From Pristiophorus japonicus (taxonomy: Eukaryota), in the NCBI RefSeq assembly GCF_044704955.1, contig NC_091981.1:287432001-287496000 (forward strand): DNA of 64,000 bases, given 5' to 3'. A program made the position numbers and the translations under genes. This document shows, piece after piece, positions 25,462-38,298 of the stretch (position 1 is the stretch's first letter; every line of letters begins with the position of its first letter). The notes under the pieces were generated by a model, which searched no databases, was not told the origin of the DNA, and worked only from the letters and a program-made list of their open reading frames with translations.

Positions 25462-28400
25462 TGTAATGTCTGTAAGCTTGTAATGTTGTAATGTTTGTAG
25501 CGCCACACTGTGAGTGTGGACGTATTGTGTATTGCAACTGCAGGGTTAATAATAAACGGAACCAAGCAGATTCCGGAGGCTTCCGAGAGAGCTACCTGCC
25601 ATGTTAGGAGCTGTGTGTGCTGTGTTTCACTGCAAATAACATAATCGAAGTTCCAGACAATGCAGTCCAGAACCAGGCTGTGTTGGAATGTAAGAGAGCG
25701 ATCTTCTTATCGGAGGCAGGTCCGGCATTGTATGACACTCTTGTAAATCTGCTTGTGCCTGACGAGCCAAAGGACACAATGCTTAAAGAGATAGTAATGA
25801 AGCTGGAGCAGCACTATAACCCCAAACCGTTAGATATTGCTGAATCGTTTCAGGATTCGGAATCAAAAGACTGAAGGAGTATCAGTGATTACATCGTTGC
25901 ATTAAAAAAGCTATCGATGCACTGTAACTTTGGAAACTTTCAAAACCGAGCATTACGGGATCGTTTTGTTTGTGGGGTGAAAAATGATGCGATCAGAAGG
26001 AAGTTATTGACGACGGATGACTTGACTTTTGAGATTGCTTGTCAGACAGCGAGGTCGATGGCCATGGCCGAACAATATTCCCGAGAATTAAATAATAATT
26101 ACGGTCGTCAGTCAACCGAAGTAAATCACCTGCAGGTTCAAAGTAAAAGATGGTGGAGGCCCAAAGTCTCAGAGACTGGAAATTCTACCAGAGCATCGAA
26201 GTCGTGCTATAGGTGCCTGGGACAACACATTGCTCAAAGTTGTCCATACGTGAAGGCAGAGTGTTTCTTCTACAGGAATACTGGGCATCTTGCGAAGGCA
26301 TGCTGACTGAAGGGTAAACCAGCTTTTAAAGCTATGAGTCCAGTGTTCAAAGCTATGAGTAGAAATCCCAAGAGGCTACATAGCATGGAAGAACAACAAC
26401 AGGACGAGGAGATGTTAGAGGAGCACGAGGTTAATGGACAGCGATTCGGAAATCATCCAAATCCACATAGATGTTGCGGGATTCAAGATACCAATGGAAA
26501 TTGACACGGGTGCATCCGTGAGTGTAGTACCGGAGTCACTATATCGCGACAAATTGCGTGATTTCCAACTGGAGAAATCCAAGTTGGAGCTGTGAGGCTA
26601 CTCGGGAGAGAAAATTCCTGTGGTAGGTCGTATCACCGCACCGGTGAAATGTAAAGATCAATTTCAGAACTTGCCTCTAATAGTAGTGAAAGGAGACAAA
26701 CCTGCCTTACTAGGAAGAAATTGGTTGAGCTCACTGAAGCTGGATTGGAGTAAGATTTTCTGTGTGGAAGCGAGATTTTCATCAACAGATGGTGTTCTGC
26801 GAAACGGGCAGTCCGATCCAAGGCTTCAAGGCGAGTGTCAGGGTACAGAAGGACGCTAGATCGGTTTACTACAAGCCACATTCCGTACCATATGCACTCA
26901 AGGAGAAAGTTGAGCAAGAACTCAAAAGACTAGAGACGGAGAACATTATTTGTAAGATAAATCGATGTAATTGGGCTACACCCATTGTTGTTGTACCTAA
27001 GTCCGATGGTAAGGTAAGATTGTGTGGTGATTATAAAGTAACCGTAAACCAGGTTCTACAGGGTAATGTCCCCAATACATTGCCAAATATAGAAGATTTG
27101 TTCACAACACTGACAGGTGGTCAGATCTTCTCAAAACTGGATCTTACGAATGCCTACTTACAGCTTGAACTAGATGAGGAGTCCAAGTCATGTTTGACTA
27201 TAAATACTTATCTAGGCCTATATCAATTTAATAGGCTACCGTTTGGAGTGTCTTCCGCCTCTGCCATATTCCATGGGGCGATGAACCAGATTTTGCAAGG
27301 TATTGAAGGGGTAGTATGTTATTTGGATGACATACTAATTTCTGCACCAAATAGGCAAATTCATAATAACATATTGAATGAAGTCCTCAAACGGCTAGAG
27401 AAGCACAGAGTACGAGTGTCTGCTCGTAAGTGTGAGTTATTTAAAAACTCAGTGGAGTACTTAGGGTACAGAGTAGACAAAGGTGGTTTACATCCGACCA
27501 AGGAAAAACTGGATGCAATCAGAAATGCACCCACTCCCAGGAATGTCACTGAACTTCATTCATTCTTGGGTCTTTTGAACTATTATGGGAAGTTCCTACC
27601 AAATTTGGCTACAGTATTACGTCCACTGAATGAACTTTTGAAAAAACAGGTCCAGTGGAAGTGGTCAAAAGAATGCGATACAGCATTCAAGGAGTGTAAA
27701 AGCAAATTGGTAGAGAGCACCATGTTAGTTCACTATGACATATCTAAGGAGATTAAGTTAGCATGTGATGCCTCTCCGTATGGAATTGGGGCAGTGATTT
27801 TTCATGTATTAAGTAGTGGGGAGGAGAGACCAATTGCTTTTGCTTCACGCACTCTCAGTACCAATGAGAGTAATTATGCGCAAATTGAAAGGGAAGCTTT
27901 GGCATTAATTTTTGGGGTCAAGAACTTTCACAAATACTTGTATGGTCGTAAGTTTACCATCGTTACGGACCATAAGCCCCTAACAGCAATCCTCCATCCA
28001 AAGTCCCCAGTTCCAACATTAGCTGCAGCCCGAATGCAGAGATGGGCTTTGATTTTGTCAGCATATACATATGATATTGAACACAGACGATCAGCTGATC
28101 ACAGTAATGCTGATGCAATGTCTAGATTGCCTTCCCCATCACGGGTTACACCCGATAGGGAAAAAGTGTTTTATTTTTCATACATTGATGAACTGCCAGT
28201 CACAGCTGGGGGAGATTGGTAGAGCAACCAAATGTGACCCAGTGATACCAAAGGTGTATGATTATATTGCAAATGGATGGCCAAACCAGGTAACATACAA
28301 AGATACACATCTATTCTTCATTCGTAGGAATGAATTATCAGTCGATAAAGATTGTATCATGTGGGGTGCAAGAGTGGTTATACCAAATAAGTTCAGGTCC

Positions 28401-29907
28401 AAATTATTAGGAGACCTCCATGACCAGCACCTGGGAATGTGCTTGACCAAGAGTTTTGCACGCAGTTATTTATGGTGGCCAGGTCTTGATAAAGATATAG
28501 AGTACATCGTGAGTCAGTGTACGACATGTCAATCGGTAAGCAAGCAACCACCACCAGTACCATTACAGCCATGGAAATGGCTTCCCAGGGTGTGGCAAAG
28601 GCTACATATTGATTTTGCTGAGTTAGAAGGACAACAATTGTTCATTGTGATTGATAGCTATTCGAAGTGGGTTGAGGTGTTTCCAACGTGAAAAATAACA
28701 GCAAGTAAAACATTAGACAGTTTACAAAAATTATTTTCTTCATTTGGCCTCCCTGAAGAAATTGTTTCGCATAATGGACCACAATTACGTTCAGAAGAAT
28801 TTGCACAATTCACGAGCAAAATGGTGTGAAACATACCAAAGTTCCACCATAACACCCTGCCTCGAATGGTGCAGCAGAGCACACTGTACAATTGTAAAAC
28901 ATGCCCTCATAAAACAAATGTTAGCTCCAAATCCAAGGAAACGACAGTTGTCATTGGATCACAAATTGGCTAATTTTTTGATTACATATTGAAATACTCC
29001 TCATACAACTACTGGTAGAACAACAGAGTTGTTTCTCAAAAGACAGCCACAAACCAGATTTTCGTTGTTAAAGCCAAATTTTTCACAGTCCGTAGAAGAG
29101 ACACAATTAAGACTGAAAAAGAATCATGATAGAGGAGTAAAAGAGAGAAGTGTGAAATTAAACCAGAAGGTAAGAGTGAAGAACCATCACCATAAATGGT
29201 TAAAGTGGTTACCAGGAAGAGTTGTGAAGATATGTGGTCCTCGCACATATTTGGTGAAGATGTTTGATAATGGACAGGTTAGGTTTGTTCATATTGATCA
29301 TATTTTACCGACAGACAAGGAAGGAGTTGAAGGTGGGAATGATTCAATTATTTCTGACTCACCAGATAGTATACACCAGAAGCAAATCCTAAATCCAATG
29401 TACTGGAAACAAATCCAGGAGAGAAGCAGAATGAAAGTCTGAGTCTGAGTCAGGAAAACAAAGAGCCTGACGTTAGAGTGAGTTCAAATGAAAATCAAGG
29501 AAATTCCGTGGAGGAAAACGTTCCTCAGGATGAGCCTCGAATGAGTTTAGATTCGACACCAGGTTTAGAAGGTTCTGTTCGAGAGCGAAGGTATCCTCTT
29601 CGAAACAGAAAACAAGTGGTAAAGTTAAATTTGTAAATATGGAAAAAAAATTAGTTTATATCCTGTGTTATGTATAATCATGAAAGTTATGTATGATGTT
29701 TATTATGGTGGCTTCTTCATTAAGGAGGGAGAAGTGTAATGTCTGTAAGCTTGTAATGTTTGTAGCACCACACTGTGGATGTGGATGTATTGTGTACTGC
29801 AAGTGCAGGGTTAATAATAAACAGAACCAGGCTGATTCCGGAGGCTTCCGAGAAAGCTGCCTGCCATGTTAGGAGCTGTGTATGCTGTGCTCTGTGAATA
29901 TATCACA
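25462..29907 (+). mobile_element. Ty3/Gypsy LTR retrotransposon, second family, decayed
   Basis: 5' LTR from 25462 (end, PBS and gag start deleted near 25624); 3' LTR 29735-29907; PPT aaggagggagaag; TSD ccctc/ctctc; gag zinc knuckle, IDTGA protease, RT YLDD, RNase H, integrase. Confidence 0.94.
26762..28222 (+). pseudogene. Gypsy RT-RNase H open segment (486 aa)
   Basis: WATPIVVVPK, LCGDYK, YLDDILI, LACDASPYG, TDHKPL; flanked by frameshifts and stops. Confidence 0.9.
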
Positions 29908-29957
29908 CTCTCAACGACTATCTATCCCACCTGTGACAGAGTCTGTGGCTCTCGTAT

Positions 29958-32328
29958 TACATAGAAACATAGAAATTAGGTGCAGGCGCAGGCTATTCGG
30001 CCCTTGGAGCATACACCGCCATTCAATAAGATCATGGATGATCATTCAACCTCAGTACCCCTTTCCTGCTTTCTCTCCATATCCCTTGATCCCTTTGGCT
30101 GTAAGGGCCATATCTAACTCCCTTTTGAATATATCTAACGAACTGGCCTCAACAATTTTCTGCGGTAGAGAATTCCACAGATTAACCACTCTCTGAGTGA
30201 AGAAGTTTCTCCTCATCTTGCTCCTAAATGACTTACCCCTTATTCTTAGACAGTGATCCCTGGTTCTGGAACTCCCCAGGAACGGGAACATTCTTCCTGC
30301 ATCTAACCTGTCCGATCCCATCAGAATTATATATGTTTCTATGAGATCCCCCCTCATTCTTCTGAACTCCAGTGGATACAAGCCCAGTTGATCCAGTCTC
30401 TCCTCATATGTCAGTCCTGCCATCCCGGGAATCAGTCTGGTGAACCCTCGCTGTACTCCCTCAATAGCAAGAACGTCCTTCCTCAGATTAGGAGACAAAA
30501 ACTGAACACAATATTCCAGGTGAGGCCTCACCAAGGCCCTGTACAACTGCAGTAAGACCTCCCTGCTCCTATACTCATATCCCCTAGCTATGTAGGCCAA
30601 CATGAGATTGGTGTACAAAATCAAAGCGCATGGTATTGGGGGTAATGTACTGACGTAGATAGAGAACTGGTTGGCGGACAGGAAGCAGAGAGTCGGGATA
30701 AACAGGTCCTTTTCAGAATGGCAGGCAGTTACTAGTGGGGTGCCGCAGGGCTCAGTGCTGGAACCCCAGCTCTTTACAATATACATTAACGATTTGGATG
30801 AAGGAATAGAGTGTAATATCTCCAAGTTTGTGGATGACACTAAACTGGGTGGCAGTGTGAGCTGTGAGGAGGACGCTAAGCGGCTGCAGGGTGACTTGGA
30901 CAGATTAGGTGAGTGGGCAAATACATGGCAGAGGCAGTATAATGTGGATAAATGTGAGGTTATCCATTTTGGGGGCAAAAACACAAAGGCAGAATAGTAT
31001 CTGAATGGTGGCAGACTAGAAAAAGGGGAGGTGCAACGAGACCTGGGTGTCATGGTTCATCAGTCACTGAAAGTGGGCACGCAGGTACAACAGGCGGTAA
31101 AGAAGGCTAATGGTATGTTGGCCTTCATAGCCAGGAGATTTGAATATAGGAGCAGGGAGGTCTTACTGCAGTTGTACAGGGCCTTAGTGAGGCCTCACCT
31201 GGAATATTGTGTTCAGTTTTGGTCTTCTAGTCTGAGGAAGGACGTTCTTGCTATTGAGGGAGTGCAACGCAGGTTCACCAGGCTGATTCCTGGAATGGCA
31301 GGACTGACATATGAGGAGAGACTGGATCGACTGGGCCGACTGGGCCTGTATTCACTGGAGTTTAGAAGGATGAGAGGGGATCTCATAGCAACATATAAGA
31401 TTCTGACGGGACTGGACAGGTTCGATGCGGGAAGAAGGTTCTCGATGTTGGGGAAGTCCAGAATCAGGGGACATAGTCTTAGGATAAGGGGTCGGCCATT
31501 TAGGACTGAGATGAGGAGAAACTTCTTCACTCAGAGTTGTTAACCTGTGGAATTCCCTACTACAGAGAGTTGTTGATGCCAGTTCATTGTATATATTCAA
31601 GAGGGAGTTAGATATGGCCTTTACGGTTAAGGGGATCAAGGGGTATGGAGAGAAAGCAGGAAAGAGGTACTGAAGAAATGATCAGCCATGATCTTATTGA
31701 ATGGCGGTGCAGGCTCGAAGGGCCGAATGGCCTACTCCTGCACCTATTGTCTATGTTTCTATGCCATTTGCCTTCTTTACTGCCTGCTGTAGCTGCATGC
31801 CAACCTTCAGTGACTGATGTACCATGACACCCAGGTGTCATTGCACCTTCCCTTTTCCTAATCTGTCACCATTCAGATAATATTCTGTCTTCCTGTTTTT
31901 GCCACCAAAGTGGATAACCTCACATTTATCCACATTATACTGCATCTGCCATGCATTTGCCCACTCACCTAACCTGTCCAAATCACCCTGCAGCCTCTTG
32001 GCATCCTCCTCACAGCTCACACCGCCACCCAGCTTAGTGTCATCTGCAAACTTGGAGATATTACATTCAATTCCTTCATCTAAATCATTGATGTATATTG
32101 TAAATAGCTGAGGCCCCAGAATTGAACCCTGCGGTACTCCACTAGTCACTGCCTGCCATTCTGAAAAGGACCCGTTTATCCCGACTCTCTGCTTCCTGTC
32201 TGCCAACCAGTTCTCTATCCACGTCAGTATATTACCCCCAATACCATGTGCTTTGATTTTGCACACCAATCTCTTGTGTGGGACCTTGTCAAAAGCCTTT
32301 TGAAAGTCCAAATACACCACATCCACTG
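29958..32328 (-). mobile_element. CR1 LINE interrupted by a nested antisense CR1
   Basis: Sequence breaks at ...ggccaacat (30603) and resumes gccatttgcc (~31763). Confidence 0.88.
30604..31762 (+). mobile_element. CR1 LINE nested in opposite orientation
   Basis: ORFs 30671-30997 and 31031-31543 plus its own 3' tail. Confidence 0.9.
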
Positions 32329-32417
32329 TTCAGCCACCAAAGAACTCACTTCAGGAGTGGAAGCAAGTCTTCCTCGATTCCGAGGGACTGCCTATGATGA
32401 TGATGATGATGATGATG
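32329..32417 (+). mobile_element. RTE 3' tail
   Basis: gattccgagggactgcctatgatgatgat... Confidence 0.85.
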
Positions 32418-32597
32418 TCGGGTCCCGACCCCGAAGCTGGGTTTGTGCGGGTTTTTGTGCACGTGTGCACTTGCGGTTCTATCCAGTTGTGACGCAGTTG
32501 TGGGCAACGAGCAGTAAGCTTTTCACGCATGTGCAGAAAGCCACTGCGTGGCCTTGAGTCGTTGTCCATAAACGCTCATAATATACAACGTATTATG

Positions 32598-32700
32598 TAA
32601 GTTCTGACGAAGGGTCATCGAGCTGAAACGTTAACCCTGTTTCTCTCTCCACAAATGCTGCCTAACCCGCTGAGATTTCCAGCATGTTCTGTTTGTTTGA
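32598..32700 (+). ncRNA. Penelope-like repeat fragment with a minimal hammerhead ribozyme motif
   Basis: CTGACGA-agggtc-atc-gagct-GAAAcgTTA at 32604-32633, followed by tctctctccacaaatgctgcc. Confidence 0.55.
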
Positions 32701-32724
32701 CAGATTCCGCTGTATTTGAATTGT

Positions 32725-33330
32725 GTTCCTTGGTGATGTTTCGCGGCAGAGCGTCCGATTGGCTGGCTGGAACCACGTGACGCGATAAAAAGGCCGGTGC
32801 CGGGAGCGGCGCGGCCATTTTGAAGCGGCGGTTGACGGTTGCGGCGAGCGCGATTGAGGGAAGGAGGCAGCGGGACAGGGCCGCCTGTGGGTAAGGATTC
32901 GGCCTTGCTAAATTCCCACCAGCTGGAGGCGGAGGGGTCGGCTTTACCTAGCAGCCCGGGGCCGAGTGCACAGCACGGGGGGGGGGAGCCAGTCCGCGGG
33001 GGGAGAGAGGTGGGCGCGCTTTCAGTTGGCAGTGCCGGCCGGGGATTGAGTTCAGCTGTAATCGAGAGGCCTATCACAGGACTCGCCGATTGGGGGGGGG
33101 GCGGGGGGGACGCTGATTGGTTGCGGCACTCAGTGCGGGGTAATTGGCTGGTTCGGAGACGAGGGCCGCGCCCCATTAGCTGTTCCGGGGACTGGGGCCG
33201 CGCCCCATTGGCTGGTCCGGAGGCCGCGCCCCATTGCTTAGTCCGGAGTCCGCGCCCCATTGGCTGGTCCGGAAGCTGGAGGCTGCACCCCATAGGCTCG
33301 TCCGGAGGCACGCCACATTGGCTGGCTTGA
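32725..33330 (+). promoter_or_regulatory. CpG-island promoter and first exon of transposase-derived gene, copy 1
   Basis: ATTGG, E-box CACGTGAC, TATA-like gataaaa, YY1 gcggccattttg, donor G|gtaagg near 32890, tandem GC-box/CCAAT units; paralogous to 48215-48900. Confidence 0.8.
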
Positions 33331-33374
33331 TGAGGGATTTTGCGAAGTGATTATCTGCACGAGTATTTTCTGCT

Positions 33375-33600
33375 GAGTGCTGAGGGAGTGCTGCACTGTC
33401 GGAGGTGCCGTCTTTCGGATGAGACGTTAAACCGAGGCCCCTCTGCTCTCTGAAGTGGATGTAAAAGATCCATTATTTTGAAGAAGAGCAGGGGAATTCT
33501 TGCCAATATTTATCCCTCAATCAACATAACCAAAAAACAAATTATCTGCTCCTATTCACATTGCTGTTTGCGGCAGCTTGCCTGTGTGCAAATTGGCTGG
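33375..33600 (+). mobile_element. Deu-domain SINE (SacSINE1-like)
   Basis: gagggagtgctgcactgtcggaggtgccgtctttcggatgagacgttaaaccgaggcc...aaattggctg. Confidence 0.8.
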
Positions 33601-33795
33601 AGAGATGGTGCAGGAGGGAGGCTTTCCAGAGTAATAATACTTGAATGGTCAAAGGCCAATTTCAAGTGGGATGAGAACGGATTGGCACTGTTGTAATGTA
33701 GGAAACGCGGCAGTCAACTGGTTTGATTTTTAGTTGGTCAGAGTTTTAAAATTTTGTTTTACCGATGGTGTCCTATAAAATGGAACTTAATCATC

Positions 33796-34116
33796 ATGTT
33801 GGGGAAGTCCAGAACCAGGGGTCACAGTCTAAGGATAAGGGGTAAGCCATTCAGGACCGAGATGAGGAGAAACTTCTTCACCCAGAGAGTGGTGAATCTG
33901 TGGAATTCTCTACCACAGAAAGTAGTTGAGGCCAATTCACTAAATATATTCAAAAGGGAGTTAGATGAAGTCCTTACTACCCGGGGGATCAAGGGTTATG
34001 GCGAGAAAGCAGGAAGGGGGTACTGAAGTTTCATGTTCAGCCATGAACTCATTGAATGGCGGTGCAGGCTAGAAGGGCTGAATGGCCTGCTCCTGCACCT
34101 ATTTTCTATGTTTCTA
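33796..34116 (+). mobile_element. CR1 3' tail
   Basis: GHSLRIRGKPFRTEMRRNFF plus tail; nearly identical to 50044-50362. Confidence 0.9.
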
Positions 34117-34388
34117 TCATACGAGCAGGAAACTGGGAACAAAAACATCGAGCAATATTCTGGATTGGTTTTAATCTGCCCTCCTGCTGAACAAAGGAAT
34201 TTGATACTGATTTGTGCTCGGGAACCCATGGATTCAATGCTTGTAATGTTGATATTAAATGAATCGTTTTATTTCTTTCCGAAATGTGAAAGTTACATCC
34301 AAGGATAGGATGATGCTCAGATTTGTGTATATTTATTTTCTATTTTAGACCGCCTTAGAATTGGCTGTCCAAACTAATAATCTCCAGT

Positions 34389-34888
34389 CATCATAGGCAG
34401 TCCCTTGAAACGAGGATGACTTGCTTCCACGCTGAAAAGGGATGAGTTCACTGGTGTTTCAATGAAGGACCTAATGTTCCAGATCCCGAACTACATCATG
34501 AAGGGTGGAAGATGCCTGTGGGTGGGTTTTAACGTTGCACTCCAGCCACCACACGGGCTTGACAGAGCTAGGTCTTGGTCCAGTGGCAAGGGTTAACCAA
34601 GACATCTTGAGACCAGCTCTGCTGCATGGACCTAGTGCGCACACATGTCGCAGTGTGGGCTGGACCGTGCTGCCCCTGGGCCCTCACCTCATCTGTGCCC
34701 CGAACTCACGCCTCTCCTGGGCCCCGATCACATCCCTCTACGAACTCTTGCCGCTCCTTCGCCCTGACCTCGCCACTCTTACTGTACCTGCCTGCACTGC
34801 AATCAGCCGTCGCCCTCCTGCAGCAGCACGCGCTGCTCCCTGCAGTGGCACGCCGCTGCACGCTGCTCCCTTTAATGGCCCTGGCCTG
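34389..34888 (-). mobile_element. RTE-derived SINE with 7-bp TSD, present only in unit 1
   Basis: TSD ctccagt at 34382-34388 and 34889-34895; empty site aatctccagtg present in paralogs near 52015 and 42712. Confidence 0.88.
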
Positions 34889-35179
34889 CTCCAGTGTAGA
34901 CCAGAGGAGCCACAGTCATGTTGCTCAGTCTGGTGTATGTTTACTAAATGATCCTCTATTTTATTTATCTTGGTGAGTAACAGCAGGACCGGTCTGCCTA
35001 TGACCTTGTTTTTTCCTAATACTTGCTACATTGATGATGAGGGGATAGTTTGAGGCCTTCTTCAGTTCAAAGAACAAGGTTATGGAAATCTCATACATCT
35101 TGTGTTTATATTTGCTGAGAGCGTTAAAAATTCTGCTTTACCCATTTCAAACTAATTTACGAATTGCCCACTTTTACAG

Positions 35180-35289
35180 AGTCAACTACAATGGAACGCA
35201 TGGCTGTGACTTTATTTCCCTGATGTGAGTCTGCAGCAGATGCTTTGCACATCTATGGACATAGAATTTAGATTTCAAAGAAATGGCAG
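35180..35289 (+). other. Predicted exon supplying the start codon (ATG 35283) of copy 1
   Basis: Acceptor cacttttacag, ends gaaATGGCAG|gtatgt; in-frame TAG upstream; conserved at 52297-52406. Confidence 0.65.
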
Positions 35290-35994
35290 GTATGTATTCA
35301 GGATCATCCTGCTACATTTCATGTTCCTGTTCAACTGAGAAACATGCTAAACCATTCAGGGTCAACCATGTGGAGAATTGTGTAGTGTGGTACAGGTCAG
35401 GTTGGTAGGATTTCTTCCCTGGGGTATTTGGGTTTCAATGGCAGTCTGGCAGCCTTTGTGGTTACTTTCCTGTCCGTCTGCAAACTACCAGATTTATTGA
35501 TGTGGTCACCAGTGCTGTTCATTTGCCTCTGTTCCTTTGTGTGTCTCCATGAGACTGCCTTGTGTAGTTCATGTCTGAAAACCACCAGTGTAGCTCCTGC
35601 AATGGTTGGACTTGTCTCATGACTGCAGCTTTGTATTGCTCCTTTGCTTCCTTCCAGTTTATTAATCGTCTCAAACCCTGTCTTTATGTCCACCCTCCAC
35701 CCTCCCCATAAAGAGCCATACAATATTTATTTTGTTAAAAGGTGCTACTTAAATGCTAGTTGTTTCTGTTGTCCCCAGGGACAGCACGGGCCAGCCCACA
35801 CTGCGATCTATGGATAGTAGGAGCATGTGTGCGCACTAGGTCCGTGCAGCAGAGCTTGGTCTCCAGTCGTCATGGTTAACCCTTGCCACTGGACCAAGAC
35901 CTAGCTCTGTCAAGCATATGTGGTGGCTGGTGTGCAACGACCACCCCACGTTAAACGAATCCATGCACAGGCATCTTCCACCGTGCTGGTCACG

Positions 35995-37497
35995 GGAATG
36001 TGGGAAGGGAGGACCTTGAGACTATCACTAGGGGGGTAGTGTTGAACAGGTTAATGGATCTCAAGGTAGACAAGTCCCCTGTTCCTGATGAAATGCATCC
36101 CAGGGTATTAAAAGAGATGGCGGAAGTTATAGCAGATGCATTCGTTATAATCTACCAAAATTCTCTGGACTCTGGGGAGGTACCAGCGGATTGGAAAGCA
36201 GCTAATGTAACGCCTCTGTTTAAAAAAAGGGGGCAGACAAAAGGCAGGTAACTATAGGCCGGTTAGTTTAACATCTGTAGTGGGGAAAATGCTTGAAGCT
36301 ATCATTAAGGAAGAAATAGCGGGACATCTAGATAGGAAAAGTGCAATCAAGCAGATGCAGCATGGATTCATGAAGGGGAAATCATGTTTAACTAATTTAC
36401 TGGAATTCTTTGAGGATATAACGAGCATGGTGGATAGAGGTGTATCGATGGATGTGGTGTATTTAGATTTCCAAAAGGCATTCGATAAGGTGCCACACAA
36501 AAGGTTACTGTAGAAGATAAAGGTACGCGGAGTCAGGAAATGTATTAGCATGGATCGAGAATTGGCTGGCTAACAGAAAGCAGACAGTCGGGTCCTTTTG
36601 GGTCCTTTTCAGGTTGGAAATCGGTGGTTAGTGGTGTGCCACAGGGATCGGTGCTGGGACCACAACTGTTTACAATGTACATAGATGACCTGGAAGAGGG
36701 GACAGAGTGCAGTGTAACAAAATTTGCAGATGACACAAAGATTAGTGGGAAAGCGGGTTGTGCAGAGGACACAGAGAGGCTGCAAAGAGATTTAGATAGA
36801 TTAAGCGAATGGGCTAAGGTTTGGCAGATGGAATACAATGTCAGAAAATGTGAGGTCATCCACCTTGGGGGAAAAAAACAGTAAAAGGGAATATTATTTG
36901 AATGGGGAGAAATTACAACATGCTGCGGTGCAGCGGGACCTGGGGGTCCTTGTGCATGAAACTCTTTTTTTGTTTGAACTCAAAAAGTTAATTTGCAGGT
37001 GCAGCAGGTAATCAGGAAGGCGAATGGAATGTTGGCCTTCATTGCAAGAGGGATGGAGTACAAAAGCAGGGAGGTCCTGCTGCAACTGTACAGGGTATTG
37101 GTGAGGCCGCACCTGGAGTACTGCGTGCAGTTTTGGTCACCTTACTTAAGGAAGGATATACTAGCTTTGGAGGGGTTCAGAGACGATTCACTAGGCTGAT
37201 TCCGGAGATGAGGGGATTACCTTATGATGATAGATTGAGTAGACTGGGTCTTTACTCGTTGGAGTTCAGAAGGGTGAGGGTTGATTTTATAGAAACATTT
37301 AAAATAATGAAAGGGATAGACAAAATAGAAGCAGAGGTTGTTTCCGCTGGTCGGGGAGACTAGAACTAGGGGGCACATCCTCAAAATACGGGGGAGCCAA
37401 TTTAAAACCGAGTTGAGAAGGAATTTCTTCTCCCAGAGGGTTGTGAATCTTTGGAATTCTCTGCCCAAGGAAGCAGTTGAGGCTAGCTCATTGAATT
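35995..37497 (+). mobile_element. CR1 LINE, intronic, unit 1 only
   Basis: Fragmented RT ORFs 36000-37682. Confidence 0.92.
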
Positions 37498-37499
37498 TG

Positions 37500-37889
37500 A
37501 GTGAAGGTGGGGAGGGTTGGAGGCCATCGAGAGATTTGAGAACAGGGATGATTTTAAAATCAAGGCATTGTCAGAGCGAAAGCCAGTGTCGGTCAGAGAG
37601 CATGTGTGATGGGTGCCCTAAGTGGGGGTTCCGATATGACCCCGGGTGCGAGTTTGGATTCGGCCAGCAGAGTTTTGGATGAGTTGAAGTTTAGAAGGTG
37701 GAAGATGGGAGGCCGGCTAGGGGAGCACCGGAACAGTAGATTCGAGAGTTAACGAAGCCATTTAGGTTTTCCACAGCAAATGAGCTGAGGCAGGAGCGGA
37801 GACAGGCAATGTTCATCTCGGTGTCAAATAGGACACAAGGTTGCCAATCGTCTGGTTTAGCCTCCAACAGTGGTCAGGGCTGCAACAAG
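37500..37889 (-). mobile_element. Old L2-like fragment, the hAT insertion target; paralog at 52640-53013
   Basis: gagttttggatgagttgaagtttagaaggtggaagatgggagg shared between both units immediately left of the TIR. Confidence 0.55.
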
Positions 37890-37897
37890 GGCTAGGG

Positions 37898-37913
37898 CAG
37901 GGGTTCTCAACCT
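37898..37913 (+). mobile_element. Left TIR of Buster/Charlie hAT element, copy 1
   Basis: caggggttctcaacct preceded by 8-bp ggcTAggg with central TA. Confidence 0.85.
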
Positions 37914-38298
37914 CAGTACCCCCTAGGACAGGGGGTACTGAGGGAATGATCAGCCATGATCTTATTGAATGGTGGTGCAGGCTCGAAGGGCCGAATGGCC
38001 TACTCCTGCACCTATTTTCTTTGTTTCAACCAGGGATTTACTTATGTGGCTTGATGTCATAAAAATCTCAATGCTGTGAAGCGCCTTGGGACATTTCACT
38101 ACATTAATGGTACTATATAAATACAAGTTGCCGTACTACGTGCTGACTGCGCAGAAATTAACATTCTAATGTTATGTAATACATTCTTGCTTCAAGTGAA
38201 GGGTCGTAGAACTGTTTCAGCAGGAGCAAGATAAATGATAAAACAGGAAAAGTTGTTGTAAATACCAGATATGGATAAATGTTTGATTTGACCATCAG

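Noticed and set aside
30052-31053. 333-aa minus-strand ORF
   Set aside because: Chimeric read-through: the antisense of a nested CR1 fused to the host CR1 C-terminus.
32631-33330. GC-rich ORFs in the CpG islands (also 48234-48992)
   Set aside because: Stop-poor promoter repeats; frames are not conserved between paralogs.
38289-38291. Conserved in-frame TGA as selenocysteine or programmed readthrough
   Set aside because: No SECIS recognised; a CpG transition before the duplication plus a splice bypass is simpler. Not formally excluded.
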